Of a DNA stretch of 64,000 nucleotides, positions 38,031 through 51,748 are shown piece after piece (the stretch's first letter is position 1; every line of letters starts with the position of its first letter). Under the pieces are notes generated by a model. That model had not been told where the DNA came from. It made no database searches and saw only the letters and a program-made list of their open reading frames with translations. Position numbers and translations under genes: made by a program. The DNA is from Pecten maximus (lineage: Eukaryota): assembly GCF_902652985.1 (NCBI RefSeq), contig NC_047028.1, positions 5,394,001-5,458,000 on the forward strand. The letters run 5' to 3'.

Positions 38031-40454
38031 GTAAATAGTGTGCCTTACAAGAAGAACCAGACAATACATAGAGATGTCATTGAATGATTGAAAGCGATAC
38101 GAGAACTGGCAGTGTTAATATCAATTAAATTAAATTAGCAGTTTTTAGGGGATAGAGGGATGGGTTTTAGCAGACTCTCTTGGGTTTTTAACAAAATCTG
38201 TAGACAACTTCGATAATACCATTCTTTAGAAGAATTTCCTGTGATTTTGTACATTAGAGAAATGTCCTTCCAGTGAGTGTAATACTGTAAGTCATAACAA
38301 ATGTAGACAATACTTATATATTTAGATAATCTCTTAATTACTACGTAACGCTGTCACGCGATGTCTGGAACACCTAATACATTTTTCTTGCAAAATATAT
38401 AATCTGTTATACAGTGTAACAAAGTCAATTTAATTACAGTCGGATATATGCGAAGATATCGAGAGGGTACATGACACTGGCTAAAACAAATCAAATTACA
38501 CAATGAATTAGGCTTGTCTATATATGCGTGTCGCAGAATATAGATACTTTCCAATAATATTAAAGGAATTGAAAGGACAGAAGTCTTAGTGGTAAAACTT
38601 TGTGTTGAGAATATCTCGTAGAACCACTCATTTTCCACAGTTCTGTTTTTTTAGATATTGTTTTCGGGGTTATTTTATTAACATTAATGTACATGACGTA
38701 GCATTTATCCTAAATATCGGAACAGTTGTAGTCAGTAGAATATTTTCTCTGATAATAGTAAAATATCACCAAGGCTATGCATATATGTTGTAAAGCATAA
38801 GTAAAGCATCACTAAAGCTCTCATAACCTCTCGTTAAGTATACTTCATTGATATATATATCATGTAGTTGTAACACAGTATATTGTATTTAGATATATGA
38901 TGCCAATTGACGTTCATGACCATAGAACAAAACATAAATGCATGATTATATATATACGGCCAGTTTAGATATTTTGTGTATATCTAATTATATGGCATTT
39001 TACTTATTCTTGATCCATTGGTATAGACGTAACTATAAAACAGGAGAGAAATCGAAATGATTTCATATAAGACTTTGTATCGTACGGGTTCCGGGTTACT
39101 TATATATTATATCTGAGTCCTGGCCTTGATTTCCAGGAGAGAGTGAATCCGTCATGGACAAGAAAATATGTTAGATACTTTTTTTTCCGGTTCACACCTA
39201 TTTTTATGTTACGTAGGTTGAGTATACTAAATTAATTCATCTATTCTTTATAATATTCACCGCTTTATCATTATCAATTTTAATGAGAATTATCATTATT
39301 TGGGTAGCAAAACGTATTACGTGTCTGAAACCTATGTAGAATGTATTTCTTTAAAAACAACAGCAAATAATACAATATATTTGAATTATTAGATATAAAT
39401 ATGTATAGATCTAGAATAAGCTATTTACAGCAATGTATCCACGTGCGCATTCAACATTTAAAAAGCCTTCAAAAACTGTTGTACATTAAGTATAATATCA
39501 TTGTGATTCCATTGTCAGTTTATTGTATTGTATTATTATACGTATCGGTAATATAAGTTGTATATCGGAGAGACGTGAATACAGTGAACCTATGATTAAC
39601 GAAATGATTATCAATTATCAAAATAATACAGTGAAAGCAAGCTTTGTGTACCATCACAAATCACATTTTATTTTACATAAACATATTTCTTTTGGTAATA
39701 ATTATACTTTTATTTATACATACCACGCATTCTCTTGCCAATTTATCTCCCATACGCATTTCACTAAATATACATTATTGTATATCAATCAGAATACCTT
39801 CGTACTTCACAAAGGATTTCTCTCCTATTGCAAAAAGAGAGAAGGATAGAACGTTCCCATCACCTGTTTTTTTTAAACGTGTCAATATAATTATACTGGT
39901 GATATCCGCCCAGGCTTTATTTCGAGAACTATTTGTCGAATGTAACATTCGCCTTATTGCTATGTTGATGTTAACAGCTGCCTTCTGTGATACTGTGTAA
40001 CAGCTTTCAAGGTAAACTTTAGCCCAACATTTATTTTTGATTTCTTGTCAGGGTGGTAAAATAGGTTTTAGTTGCAATGTAAACAGGTGAACCAAACATT
40101 TTAAGGACAAAATACGTGCCTACCCCCTGTTATTATAGAAGTATGTTGTAATATGGATGATAGCCTTTATATCATCTTGGACCATTAGTGTCTATCGATG
40201 ATCCAGTGTCCATTGTTATCGATATATTTCACCAGCGTGTGAGATACCAATTGACATGATATAAGCTTGTATATGATTACATATGCTTTTGCTGAATAAA
40301 TCTGTTGTTTATGAAGAAGCAACACAAGGACTGTATCTATTTGTTGTAGCAAGTGTAAATAGGGAGTACTTTCTAGCCACATTTAAACTGTGTACAGTAC
40401 TATTTTTATCATATTGTTTGGATATATATTCTATAGAATTTGAAATCTAGATTC

Positions 40455-40710
40455 TTCAACATCGGCCACTCACCTCGATCTTTCCTTGCAACGTAAACTA
40501 CAGGGAACAGTAAACTAAGCTGTATGATAAGCGTGATGATTTTAATTACCCAGATGTAAAATTTCCATTTCTTGATAGCAACATCCCTGCTTCCCCTACC
40601 TACGGTGTTTACATATCCCAGTTGATTCGATATTCAAGGGTTTGTTCCCATTATCGCGACTTTCGTGACAGATGTCGACTAACGACACAGTTATTTACAA
40701 CATAAGATTT
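40455..40710 (+). mobile_element. Penelope-like retroelement fragment (RT C-terminal/thumb region)
   Basis: STSATHLDLSL..TKLYDKRDDFNYPDVKFPFLDSNIPASPTYGVYISQLIRYSRVCSHYRDF, a recognisable PLE RT motif. Confidence 0.8.
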
Positions 40711-40884
40711 CGAGAAATGCAGGTTTATGAAATGACCACGCCAGGGGAAAGTTTGATGGTTATCTTATCCTCGTTGAATCCAGTTTGAATTATCGATTTG
40801 TTATTATGTCGGTGTATTTTGTTGCCTAAACGATAAATAATATCGCATACAGCTAAAGTACATGATGTAACAATAATTTGAAAA

Positions 40885-41040
40885 AGATGGAATTCGTGAT
40901 AATGAGAGCAAATCCTTGAATATTGATTCAGTTTTGACATGTAAATTTGTAGGTTTCGGGACGACGGAGTGCTAATCTCTAGCATTGCACAATCATATTT
41001 ATCAGACAGCTTAGTTGTAGACTGCCGTAAAACATCACAT
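40885..41040 (-). mobile_element. Second, more decayed Penelope-like fragment in inverted orientation
   Basis: YMSKLNQYSRICSHYHEF aligns by eye to YISQLIRYSRVCSHYRDF. Confidence 0.5.
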
Positions 41041-41356
41041 TTAACTTGACAGAAATTAACGTTAAACCTACAGTAGTTTATCGTGTTTGTTTATAATTAA
41101 CCCATTAAATTCTAACGCTTTAGTTAAATTCGTTTGAAACACGAGCGTCTTGAGGTAGTTATGATACTTGTAACACTATCCGAGAGGCATATGACTGTTG
41201 ATGTCGTAGTTTTGGGAAATATGATTAAAATTTTAATCACAAAAATCTTGTTTCCACGAATTATGGTTAAGATCGTATTTATCAGAAATCTATCATTTCA
41301 TACCTAGTTGTAAAAACATCAACCTCCGTTGTAGCAATTCGCCTGACACCAGAAAC

Positions 41357-43924
41357 TAATGGAAACAGCTGACACTGCTAATATTATACCTCCCATTAGA
41401 AATAAATTTGGGCAAATTGGAAATACAGATGATGGAAAAGCTAATATCTTAAATGATTACTTTGTTTCCATTTCTGCTATTGACGATACTAACACTGACG
41501 TACCGGCTGTAGAAATTCGGACGGCACAACTATATCTGACACACCCTTCATCTTAAATGACATAATAGACATACTAAAATCGTTAAATATTAGTAAAGCA
41601 GTGGGTATGGACACAATTAGTCACAACATGTTAAAGAATACAGCAATATCAGTTGCATTTCCTCTGTCTCTTACGTTTAGATCTTCTTTGGAAACTGGTA
41701 TCTTCCCAAAACAGTGGAAAAAAGCGTTAGTAATGCCATTATTTCAAAAGGGGGATAAGCATGAAGTTTCAAATTACAGACCTATATCATTACTTAGCAC
41801 TGTTGGAAATGTTTTTGAACGATTAGTTGTGAGCTTTTCAAATAATTATTTATTAGATCATTCCTTAGTATATAAATATCAGTCTGGTTTTCAGACGGGT
41901 CATTCAACAGTACACCAAATTATAGAATTATATCACACTTTATGTAAAAAGTTAGAAAAAAACGTCCGATATGTTTAGTTTTTTGTAATATATCGAAAGC
42001 GTTCGATCGTGTGTGGCACAAAGGGCTGATGGTGAAACTGGCAAATTACGACATTTAAGGGAAATTGTTAGATTGGTTAGGTAATTATATTAGTGATAGA
42101 CAGCAGCAAGTCTTTGTTGCAAATAATAAGTCTTTAGTTAAATCTACAAATGCCGGTGTTACTCAAGGCTCAGTATTAGGCCCTCTTTTATTTATTCTAT
42201 ATATAAATGACATAGCCGATAACCTTGAAAGCTTTTGTAAATTATTTGCAGATGATACTTCCTAACTGTACTTGGATACCTCACCTCAAACCAAACCAGT
42301 GAAACAAAGATAAATAGCGATATAGGTAAAATTAAACACTGGGCAGATAAGTGGTTAGTAAATTTTAATCCTGCTAAGACGGAGGCATTACTTGTTTCCA
42401 ACTTTGAGCTTGACCATGTAATTGAAATAAAGTTTAATAATGTAAATGTTGACTTTGTAAAGAATCATAAGCACCGAGGAGTAATATTAAATGAAAAATG
42501 TAAATGGAGTTGCCATATTGAAAATATTTGTAAAAATGTGTCAAAACAGGTAACCGTTTTACGAAAACTGAAGTATGTGTTGAACAGACGAACTTTAGCC
42601 AAATTTACATATCATACATTCTTCCTTAATTAGAATATTGCTGTGAAGTATGGGACGGATGTACTCTCGGTGATGCGGACAATTTAGAAAAACTCCAGCT
42701 AGAGTCTATTCGTATAACTACTGGATTACCTTCTTATACAAGTAGGGAATCTTTATATTCTGAGAGTGCACTAGAACCAGTCACAAATAGAAGGAGAAGA
42801 TTACAACTTTTCTACAAAATTCACGCTAATCTAACGCCGAACTATCTTTCAGCTTTACTTCCTCCTTTAGTTTCGCAAAATAAACCTAACCTCCGTAAAG
42901 CTAACAACTACTGTTTACCTTATTGTAGAGTCCTTAGAACCTAACATAAGACAGAGCATGTCAGTCTCAGTATTTAAAGACACACTTCGTAAGCTTAATG
43001 ACATAAATATCCCTATTCATTATTTGATTGGTGACAGGAAAACTAATATTTTGCATGCCAGATTAAGATGTAGATCGGGTACTCTAAATGACGACTTATT
43101 TCATGCTAATTTGATTGATTTCCAACTTTGTCAATGTGGACACTATATAGAAAATGCTTACCATTTCTTCTTTAATTGTAACAAGTATGTAGATCAGAGG
43201 GTAAACTGGTATCGCGAGTTAAATGAGTTCATCCCACTAGACCTGCAACTAATATTACATGGAAGTCCTGATTTAACAAGGGAAGAAAACGAAAAAATAT
43301 GTCTGCACACTTAGCAATATATTCGTGATACAAACAGATTTTGATTTCTGTATCTCCCTCCGCACTATTCTTCTCCCTCTATCACTCCCTCCCTATTATC
43401 TCTCTTTCTCTTCCTTTTGTCATATATGTATACTGTATAACTAACGACAGCGTCTTTGGTCTTTCTTGATTCATATGGCATTTGTGAAACGGATATATCA
43501 CAAGGAGAGGAAAGACAACGATTAAAGCAAAACATGACTATGAGATATGATGAACATTGAACATCTAAAAGTATGAAATAGTGTTATGTCAACAAATGTC
43601 AGCTGAGTCGAGAAAGATCACTCACTCTGTCTAAAAACAATACTTTAAAACTTTCTTGTCAAAAATGTTTTAATTATTCTTCAAAAATTGTAAATTAGAT
43701 TGTACAAGAAGGAGACTCTCCCTCCATTTCCCTCTAATTATCACCCTATCTCTACTCTTCTTAAACTCCCATTTTCAAACATAAGATCACTTTATGTAAA
43801 TTCTAATGTAATCTTGTGTATATATTTGTGTTGTATACTGTTTTTGGGAAAGGGCTGTATATAAGTTGGAAAACTTGTGCCCGATCCCTTTGTATATCTA
43901 TACCATAAAATATGTTTAAACTAA
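41357..43924 (+). mobile_element. 5'-truncated, degenerate CR1/L2-group non-LTR retrotransposon (RT, C-terminal Cys/His motif, 3' UTR)
   Basis: NYRPISLLSTVGNVFE, GVTQGSVLGPLLF, FADDT, CQCG..ENAYHFFFNC; stops and frameshifts; 3' end ATAAAATATGTTTAAACTAA; candidate TSD ACCAGAAAC at 41348-41356 and 43925-43933. Confidence 0.9.
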
Positions 43925-44454
43925 ACCAGAAACAAACACGTTCACGCGGTAGATTTCATACATACAAACTAAAGTACATGTATACGTATCAGCTGGTATC
44001 AATTACCTTTCATCCATGATTAATAATAAACCGTGATCAATTCTTGTATACAATTGTATGCACTCTAGGTAAGCAATCCACCATAAACATTATCCAGGCT
44101 CAGTAGTACTTAGTCACCAAACAAGTTGTTTTCGATTTTTAAACGAACAATATATGCATTTTTATCACTTTTCTGTACATTTCGAGTTACAAACAATAAA
44201 ATCATTAAAGTTACGCATACACATAACGTTCATTTCCTTTGTTTGTTCCATATCAAAATGACCATCTGTAGTATTATAGGTTAACACATTCAGACTATCT
44301 TGTGTAAAACACCGCAGACGATACATTAAAGATCAGTAATATTGGAAACAGTCTGCCTCTACCTTTATGCTACAGATTTGAAGACATTTTGAGAAACATA
44401 CAATATATGAAAACAAATAAGCTAAGATACGAGAGTATATTGACAGGTTGTACA

Positions 44455-46413
44455 TCACTGACAATAACAATAAGGCCTGAGATGGGGAGCTAACTCTACA
44501 ATACAGTCGGCATGGTGACCATATTTATTAATCCGGCTAATCTGTCGTCCGTTTACAACAAATTCACCGGAAGATGTGTGATTAACACTTGCTTCAAATG
44601 TCCCATTACCTGGAATAGTTACAAACGTCACTTGATATATTTCATTTACATTCTGTTTGAAATCTCCAAACTGTGGTAACCGCCCGTCTTCATCTACGCT
44701 TCCCTTGTACTTCAGTACATCGTGGTCTATTCCAAATTTAAAGGCATCTTTTATTTTAAGGAGGTAAAGTTCGCTACATCTACTTCTAAAATGACTGGTG
44801 TGTTTGTTGATGAAGTCTATTACTTTCGTTACGGTAATTATGATATGTGGAAAGTCAACAGAAATCTCCGTCCATTTTAGACATGCGCACCAATGCGGTT
44901 CAATGCCAGCTTCTGAACAGGTTCTCTCAGCTGGTATAGGTCTAAATAAACTAATGCCTCTTGTTGAAATCTGACTGAGGTTGATTTGGTCCGTTCTTGT
45001 GAGATCAAGAATATCATGGAATGTTTCGTGTATATCGAAAGGTGTAGTTAATCTTTTAGCGTTTGACAGAAAATTTTCGTAAATATCTTGATATTTCACT
45101 TTAAACCAAGACGGAAATCGCAAAGCGAAATATGGTAGTCTTTCCTCTAGTTTCCCTTGGAATGTTTCACGTATATCCGCAAATCTGGAACCGTGGTCAC
45201 TCATTTGAATTAAAATCGTATTATTCAAGTAATGATGGTCATTCAAAAATTCCAACAAGGATAACAAGTCGACATCCGCCCATTGTAGGTTGTTAGGGTT
45301 TCCGTGACTGTACTCGGAATGGAATCCGAATATGAATTTGAGCTTCTGTTGATATTGCATAAAACTGTCTCTAACCCAGTCGAGCATGATCTTGTGTCGC
45401 GGGAGAGATCCTAGACAGTAAGGCTTGTTGTGGTTGTATAACTTCTCAGCTACCAAATAATATGGACGCATGTAATGGTGTACGGGCTGGTGTGTGAATC
45501 CCATCATCCGTAGGTTAAATGTCCCTATGTACGCCATATCCTCAGCCCATTGTGTAATGTATCCGGCAGATTCGAAATCCTTCCAGATCCACGGATGGCC
45601 ATCTACTACCGTTGCGTTCGGATGCCCTCGGCGTGACTCGGGAAGCTCGGACTCCGTCATTCCTGTCAGTAATGGTAGCAGGGCCTGAGGAGTACCATCT
45701 CCGACAATATTGTAACCTTCTAATTCAATACCACCAAGAATGTTTCTAAAATAATGTCGACTTTTAGGAAGTTTCCGTAGCCAAGTCATCCTTGACACGC
45801 TGTCGAATCCTAACATTAAAACATTCAGTCCCATCATTTTAGTGTTTTTCATTTCTATTTTATGCTTGGTTGAATTATAAGTAACTGTTGCGTGGACATT
45901 TACGTATCGGGTTTTATTAGCGGATAAACACGATACTTTAAAGAAATCTGACGGAGCTGACATGATATCTTGAGTCATTGCCTCCCTTTTGCCAGTCACC
46001 GTTAGATTGTCGTTTCCCTGTTTCCGTATCACTGCGGCAAACTGACATTTGATTTCCCCATAAAGTTTCTTAGCCTCGGGCGTTATCCAGAAAGTCCCGT
46101 TTTCCACCGCTATCCAATTAAGTTTGTTATCGCATATCAAATCTGGTACCTGGTAGAAGAAGCCTGCAACAGAAGGGTGGAAAGGTCGAAGGTCAGGCTG
46201 GACGCACACCTGATCGGAGACATTTTGTATGTTGAAATCCATTGTGGCGTAGTCGTCACTTCCTTCCATGTAGTCAGTCGCCTGTGACGTAGAAAACTGA
46301 CTTTTCGTAGCGTGCCATACTAAGTACAGTATCAAGACAATAACAAATGTTGACCACTTGTACTTGTGACAAACGAGCCTGATATACGAATTCATGAAAC
46401 ACAAGTAAGGCAT
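44455..46413 (-). CDS. DUF229 family protein (alkaline phosphatase/sulfatase-like superfamily), predicted type II membrane protein, 652 aa, single coding exon
   Basis: Intact ORF; N-terminal TM (WSTFVIVLILYLVW); NVLMLGFDSVSR, GYNIVGDGT, SDHGSRF, GKLEERLP, RLTTPFDIHET, CSEAGIEPHWCAC, terminal CYC; candidate 5'UTR acceptor CCTTTCTTTTCAG ending at 46654. Confidence 0.92.
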   Translation of the reverse strand: MPYLCFMNSYIRLVCHKYKWSTFVIVLILYLVWHATKSQFSTSQATDYMEGSDDYATMDFNIQNVSDQVCVQPDLRPFHPSVAGFFYQVPDLICDNKLNWIAVENGTFWITPEAKKLYGEIKCQFAAVIRKQGNDNLTVTGKREAMTQDIMSAPSDFFKVSCLSANKTRYVNVHATVTYNSTKHKIEMKNTKMMGLNVLMLGFDSVSRMTWLRKLPKSRHYFRNILGGIELEGYNIVGDGTPQALLPLLTGMTESELPESRRGHPNATVVDGHPWIWKDFESAGYITQWAEDMAYIGTFNLRMMGFTHQPVHHYMRPYYLVAEKLYNHNKPYCLGSLPRHKIMLDWVRDSFMQYQQKLKFIFGFHSEYSHGNPNNLQWADVDLLSLLEFLNDHHYLNNTILIQMSDHGSRFADIRETFQGKLEERLPYFALRFPSWFKVKYQDIYENFLSNAKRLTTPFDIHETFHDILDLTRTDQINLSQISTRGISLFRPIPAERTCSEAGIEPHWCACLKWTEISVDFPHIIITVTKVIDFINKHTSHFRSRCSELYLLKIKDAFKFGIDHDVLKYKGSVDEDGRLPQFGDFKQNVNEIYQVTFVTIPGNGTFEASVNHTSSGEFVVNGRQISRINKYGHHADCIVELAPHLRPYCYCQ

Positions 46414-46667
46414 TTCGGTGGTGCACTTTCGCCGATTGTATATCCCGAGACAGTTTTACTTCTGTGGCTAGGGTCCTACTTACGTTACGAATGCTGCGTT
46501 TATCGTTTTGCCATTGAAATGTATTCAAGAGTTTTAAAAGATCACACAGGTTCAGATGGATGAAGGGCTTCAGCGTTGTGTTATAAAAAAAAAAAAACGG
46601 ATGTATGGTGTAGAAAAACAGGTGTCGCTTTATAGTCTCATCATGTTGATAATCTGAAAAGAAAGGA

Positions 46668-47426
46668 GATGTTATATATATTATAACGATATCTAAACTG
46701 ATGTGACATGCGAGATATTATGGAGATGTAATAAGACGTGACGCGTTAGATATATATACGGAGGTGACATGTTAGATGTATTATACCGATATCTAAACTG
46801 ACGTGACATTTTAGATATTTAATAACGATATCTAGTCGGGAGTAACGTGAGGATACATCTCAATGATATCTTGACGGAAGTGACGTATACAATATTTTAT
46901 ACCAATATCTTCACTGACGTGACAAGAAGTATAGCAATCTGTCTAAATGGAAGTGACTTGTTAGAAATATTATACTGATACCTAGACGGAAGTGGCGTGT
47001 AACTTGTATTACAATGATATCTTAACGGAGGTGACGTGTTAGATATATTATATCGATACCTTGACGGAAGTTGCGTTTTAGTTGTATTACAATTATATCT
47101 AAACGGAAGTGACGTATTAGATATATTATACCGATATGTATACTTAAGTTGCGGGTTAGATATATATATATATAAATAGTATATAAATGGAGGTGACGTA
47201 TTAGATATATTACTGCGATTCCTAGACGGAAGTGACGTGTTAGATATATAACAATGATATATAAATGAAATGACGTGTTATATATATTATACCGATATAT
47301 AGACTGATGGGACATGTCAGATATATTACAATGACATCTAGACGGAAGTGGCGTGTTGAGATATATTACAGTGACATGCAGACGGAAGTGACGTGTAAAA
47401 TATGTTATACCGATATCTTCACTGAC
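46668..47426. repeat. ~38-39-bp minisatellite, left arm
   Basis: ACGGAAGTGACGTGTTAGATATATTATACCGATATCTAG consensus. Confidence 0.9.
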
Positions 47427-50400
47427 ATTTATCTTTGTTACCTCATGAAACATGGTATAATTTTAAAACAGAAACTGTGTAGTTTACAAACCCATTGGTT
47501 TAGCAATAGATAAAAATTAAGTAATTTACCAGCCATCTAATTAGTTAACTTTATATTTTACCTTTTCCCTTTTACTGGCCTTATCTTTATAATCCTAATA
47601 TACATGTACAAGTACAACACATGTAAAATATGGACATGTACCTGTTGTTACCTCATGAAACATGGTAAAATTTTAAACAGAAGCTGTGTAGTTTACAAAC
47701 CCATTGGTTTGACAATAGACAAGTATTTGCGTAATTTGCCAACCAGCTAATTATTTGCTAAACTTAAAAGTTGATTAATAAAAATCCATTTATATTTTAC
47801 CTTTTTTCCTTTACTGAACTTTCTTTACATTCATAATATGAATGTACAGTTTATTACACATGTAAAATATGAACATGTATCTGCTAATTGTTACCTCACA
47901 AAAACATGGTAAAACTGTAAACAGAAACTGTGTAGTTTACAAACTCCTTGGTTTGCCAAAAGTACAAAAAATTGTGCAATTTACCATCCAGTTAACTTAA
48001 AAGTTGATTAATAAAAATCCATTTATATTTTACCTTTTCTTGTTTTTTATGATGATATATGTATATAATCCCATATCTTCTATTTTATTGTAATGGTTGA
48101 TGTATTTTTTTGCTTTCAGAAAGTATTGGAGTTGTGTTTTTCAATTTACACAAATATATATAGTATCTCATAAGCAGCAATAGAAAGTTTATCTCATAAT
48201 TATGTTCTATGTCTGTCACACCAAAAAGAAAGGTCATTGGATGTCTAGGTAAAGTTATTTGGAATTCGTTTTCCAACATTTCCATACACAAAAGCCAGAA
48301 AGTTTTAACAATACATACTACAATCCCAAAATAAATGAAGAATAGTTTCTCTTCCAATTGTGCAGAAGGTACATCTTTCAGTTTCTGAAAGTTTACATTC
48401 CATCAACTTAGTGTTGGTATACAATATCCTGTGTACTAGTTTATAATGAAAGTTAATAAGTTTAGTATCATCAGTTACCTCCCTGGGTAGAAGATAAAGT
48501 AGTTCCCAAGTTTCATCACTGATATCAGTATTTAATATTTCTTGCCACTTTCTTTGGCTATTAATTGGTTTTTCAGAAAGAGGTCTGATCATAATATGAT
48601 AAAAATATTTAGTGACTTTATCGTGTGTATTCAAATAACTAATCAACTTATATGGAATTATAGGTATATCTACAATACCATTATTATTCCGTAGAATGTC
48701 CTTCCAGTTTCTTGGTATGGCATTAATAACACCAAAGTATTCTATAAAGTTTACATTTATACTGTATTTATGAGAAAAAGTTTCATATGACATAAATTGA
48801 TTGTTTTCTAATAAATCTGAGACAAAAAATATATCTTTTTTACACCAGTGTTCAAAGAGAAAAAAATATATTGCCTCTTTTAATATAGTTATTGAGAAAA
48901 ATAGGTTGTGATATTATTTCCTCGGGGGTTGTGGGGGATACATGTTCTTGTATAGAGGCCCAAGATATGAAAACTTCCCTCCAAAAAGTATTTAATTGTT
49001 TTGATAATTCTGTTAAACCATCTCTAGTCATTTTAAAATTTTTATCCCCTCCAACACATTCTAATTTATCTAAAAGTAATGTTTTCCACGCTGCATGATT
49101 TGAGGGATCCATAAACTTTTTTTATCCATGACATCTTTAAAGCATGACAAAATGTTAAAACATGTGGAAGGCGTAATCCCCCATTTATATAATCACTATA
49201 CATTATATTTCTCTTGATTTTGTCTGGCTTACCATCCCATAAGAAATTTAAAAAAAAAAGGTTTTTGTATTTCAGTAGTAATATATGAAGGAGGGTCCGG
49301 GAGGACAATTAATGTCTGAATAAAAATAGGCAATGCTAGAGTTCGAATAATTGTTACCCTTCCAATGTAGGATAAATTTCTAAATGACCAATATTTTAAT
49401 AATTTTTGAACCCCTTTTAGTTTTTCAATGTAGTTATCTTCAAAAATGTTTGTTTTGTGAAAATTATATTTAATACCAAGAAGTTTAAAGGCACCTTGGC
49501 GATTCCAAAATAATTTTTTTCGGGTAGAAGTTCCAACCCACAACCCCGTCTTGCCCCAATCCATATTGCTTGTGTTTTTTCAAGATTTATTTTGAAGCCC
49601 GATACTTTTGCAAAGTCATCTAAAACATTTAAGGTTGTTGCAAGGGAAACTGGATCATCAGATAATGTAAAAGATGTATCATCTGCAAACTGGTTTACTA
49701 AATATTCTGAATTATTAATTGTAATGCCATTTATATTTGGATTAATTTTTATAGCTGAACTAAGTAGTTCTACACATAAGATAAAAATATACGGGCTCAA
49801 AGGATCGCCCTGCCTTACTCCACGCTGTATTTAAAAAAATATCTGAACAGTGGCCATTATTTGTAATACAACAGGAACTATTTATATATAAGGATTTAAT
49901 CCACTGAATGATTGAAGGCCCAAAACCATAAAAATGTAAAGAGTCAAAGATGAAATTAAAATCTAAAGAGTCGAAATCTTTTTCGAAATCAATCAATAAA
50001 AGGAGTCCTGGAATGTTATTTTTTTCTGTGTTTTCTAATAAATCTGCAATTAATCTAGTGCATTCACCAATATATCTCCCTTTAATAAAACCTTTTTGTG
50101 TATCACTAATAAGAGTGTCTAAAATTTTCTTTATTCTGTTTGAAAAAGCTGATGATGCGATTTTATAATCAACATTTAAAAGTGTTATGGGCCTCCAATT
50201 CTTCATATATAACTTGGATTTGTCCTTTGAATACATGTAATCATACCACGTCGCTGTGAAATTGAAAACTGACCATCTCTATGTGCCTGGTTTAAAGAAC
50301 GTATCAGAAATCTATAGATATCTACCCAGAAAAATGTATAAAACTCATCAGTGTATCCATCAATACCAGGTGACTTATCATTTTTCATGTTTTTAACTGA

Positions 50401-51748
50401 GAAAAGACACTCACAGTATTCCAGTTTACCTTCCAATTGATCACTCTGAGCTGTAGATATCTTTTTCATAAATGGATTTGTTTCATCAAAAAATATATGT
50501 TGATTATTATCCAATGTTTTTTTTTTTTGTATAGAGTTTTTCATAATGGAGTTTTTGTTCAAGTAAACTATCTCCTAAATCTGTTACCTCATGTCCATTA
50601 TCTTTTATAAGTTTAGGAATTAGTTTCTCCTGATAGTGTCTTTTCTCTAAGTTACAAAAATATTTGGTACTTTTATCACCTTCTATCTTCCATCTAGCTT
50701 TTGCTCTTAAGATAATACCATTAATTTTCTTTTCTCTAAGTAATTTCAATTCATTTTCTAATTTCTGTATATGTTCTACTTGTCTATGTTCTGTTTTTTG
50801 TAGCATTTCTAATTTGGATTCTAACTGCTTCTCTTCCTTCCCCCTATCTCTTTTTTTCTGTGCTGTATAAGCAATAGTCATTCCCCTAATAGTGAATTTT
50901 AATGTTTCCCATAATAAAGAGTCACTGATTCTAAAAATTAATAAGTCCTTATTATCTATTTCTGGATTTTCTGCATATTGATTAATTAATTCATTAATAC
51001 ATCTCTTTACTAAAATTACATATTCTTGATCTCTCAGCAAACTATTATTGAACTTCCATGTTCCCTTTCCCCTTTTCTGTTTTATAAAATCTAGTACTAT
51101 TGATATTGGACTATGATCTGACCTGTTACTTATCCTCTATGTCACTCTTATTAACTAATGGAGCCAAATCTGAAGATATCAAAAAATAGTCTAACCTTGC
51201 CTGTTTATTATTTGGACCATGCTAAGTATATAAATTTATATCTTGATTTTGTTCTCGCCAGATATCTACAAGATCAAATGAATCCATAATGTCCAAAATT
51301 TTATCTCGATTTATAGCATTGTTCCTATTTATATAGTTTCTAGTATCCTTTGCATAATTCTGTGGTGTATTCCAATCACCACCTATAATGAGAGAGGTAT
51401 TTTCACAAAATTCAAGATGGCTAGAGAGTTGATGATAAAAGTTTACATCTGTACCATTTGGTCCATACACTGCAATTAAAGTTAAATTCTTATCACGTGA
51501 AGTAAGATGAACATTTATCATTAAAAAAATTCCATTTTTGTCTTCTTTCTTTGATAAAAAAGAGAATCCAAAAGAATTCTTAAACAATATTGCTACACCC
51601 CTACTATTTGATGTATACGAACTAAACCAGGCTTCATATCCCCATTCGATTTTCCATGAATTCTCAATCTTTTTGACAGAATGTGTATCTATAAGAAAAG
51701 TAATGTCATACTTCTGCCTACATTTATCAAAAATATCTCTCCGCTTTT
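47427..51748 (-). mobile_element. L1/Tx1-clade LINE ORF2 pseudogene (APE endonuclease, RT, zinc knuckle) with tandemly repeated 3' flank; truncated near the start of the EN domain
   Basis: KRRDIF..SRGVAILF, VYGPN, GGDWN, SDHSPI (EN); KSPGIDG, NWRPITLLNVDYKI, IDFEKDFDS, QGDPLSPY, QFADDT (RT); CTFC..ETILHLFWDC; many frameshifts. Confidence 0.92.
47435..48040. repeat. Three ~210-245-bp direct repeats at the LINE 3' side
   Basis: TTGTTACCTCA..AAACATGGTA..AACAGAA.CTGTGTAGTTTACAAAC at ~47435, ~47645 and ~47888. Confidence 0.85.

Noticed and set aside
47425-51728. ACATTTATC at ~47425 and ~51720 as the LINE TSD
   Set aside because: The second copy lies inside the endonuclease coding sequence, ~20 bp within the element.
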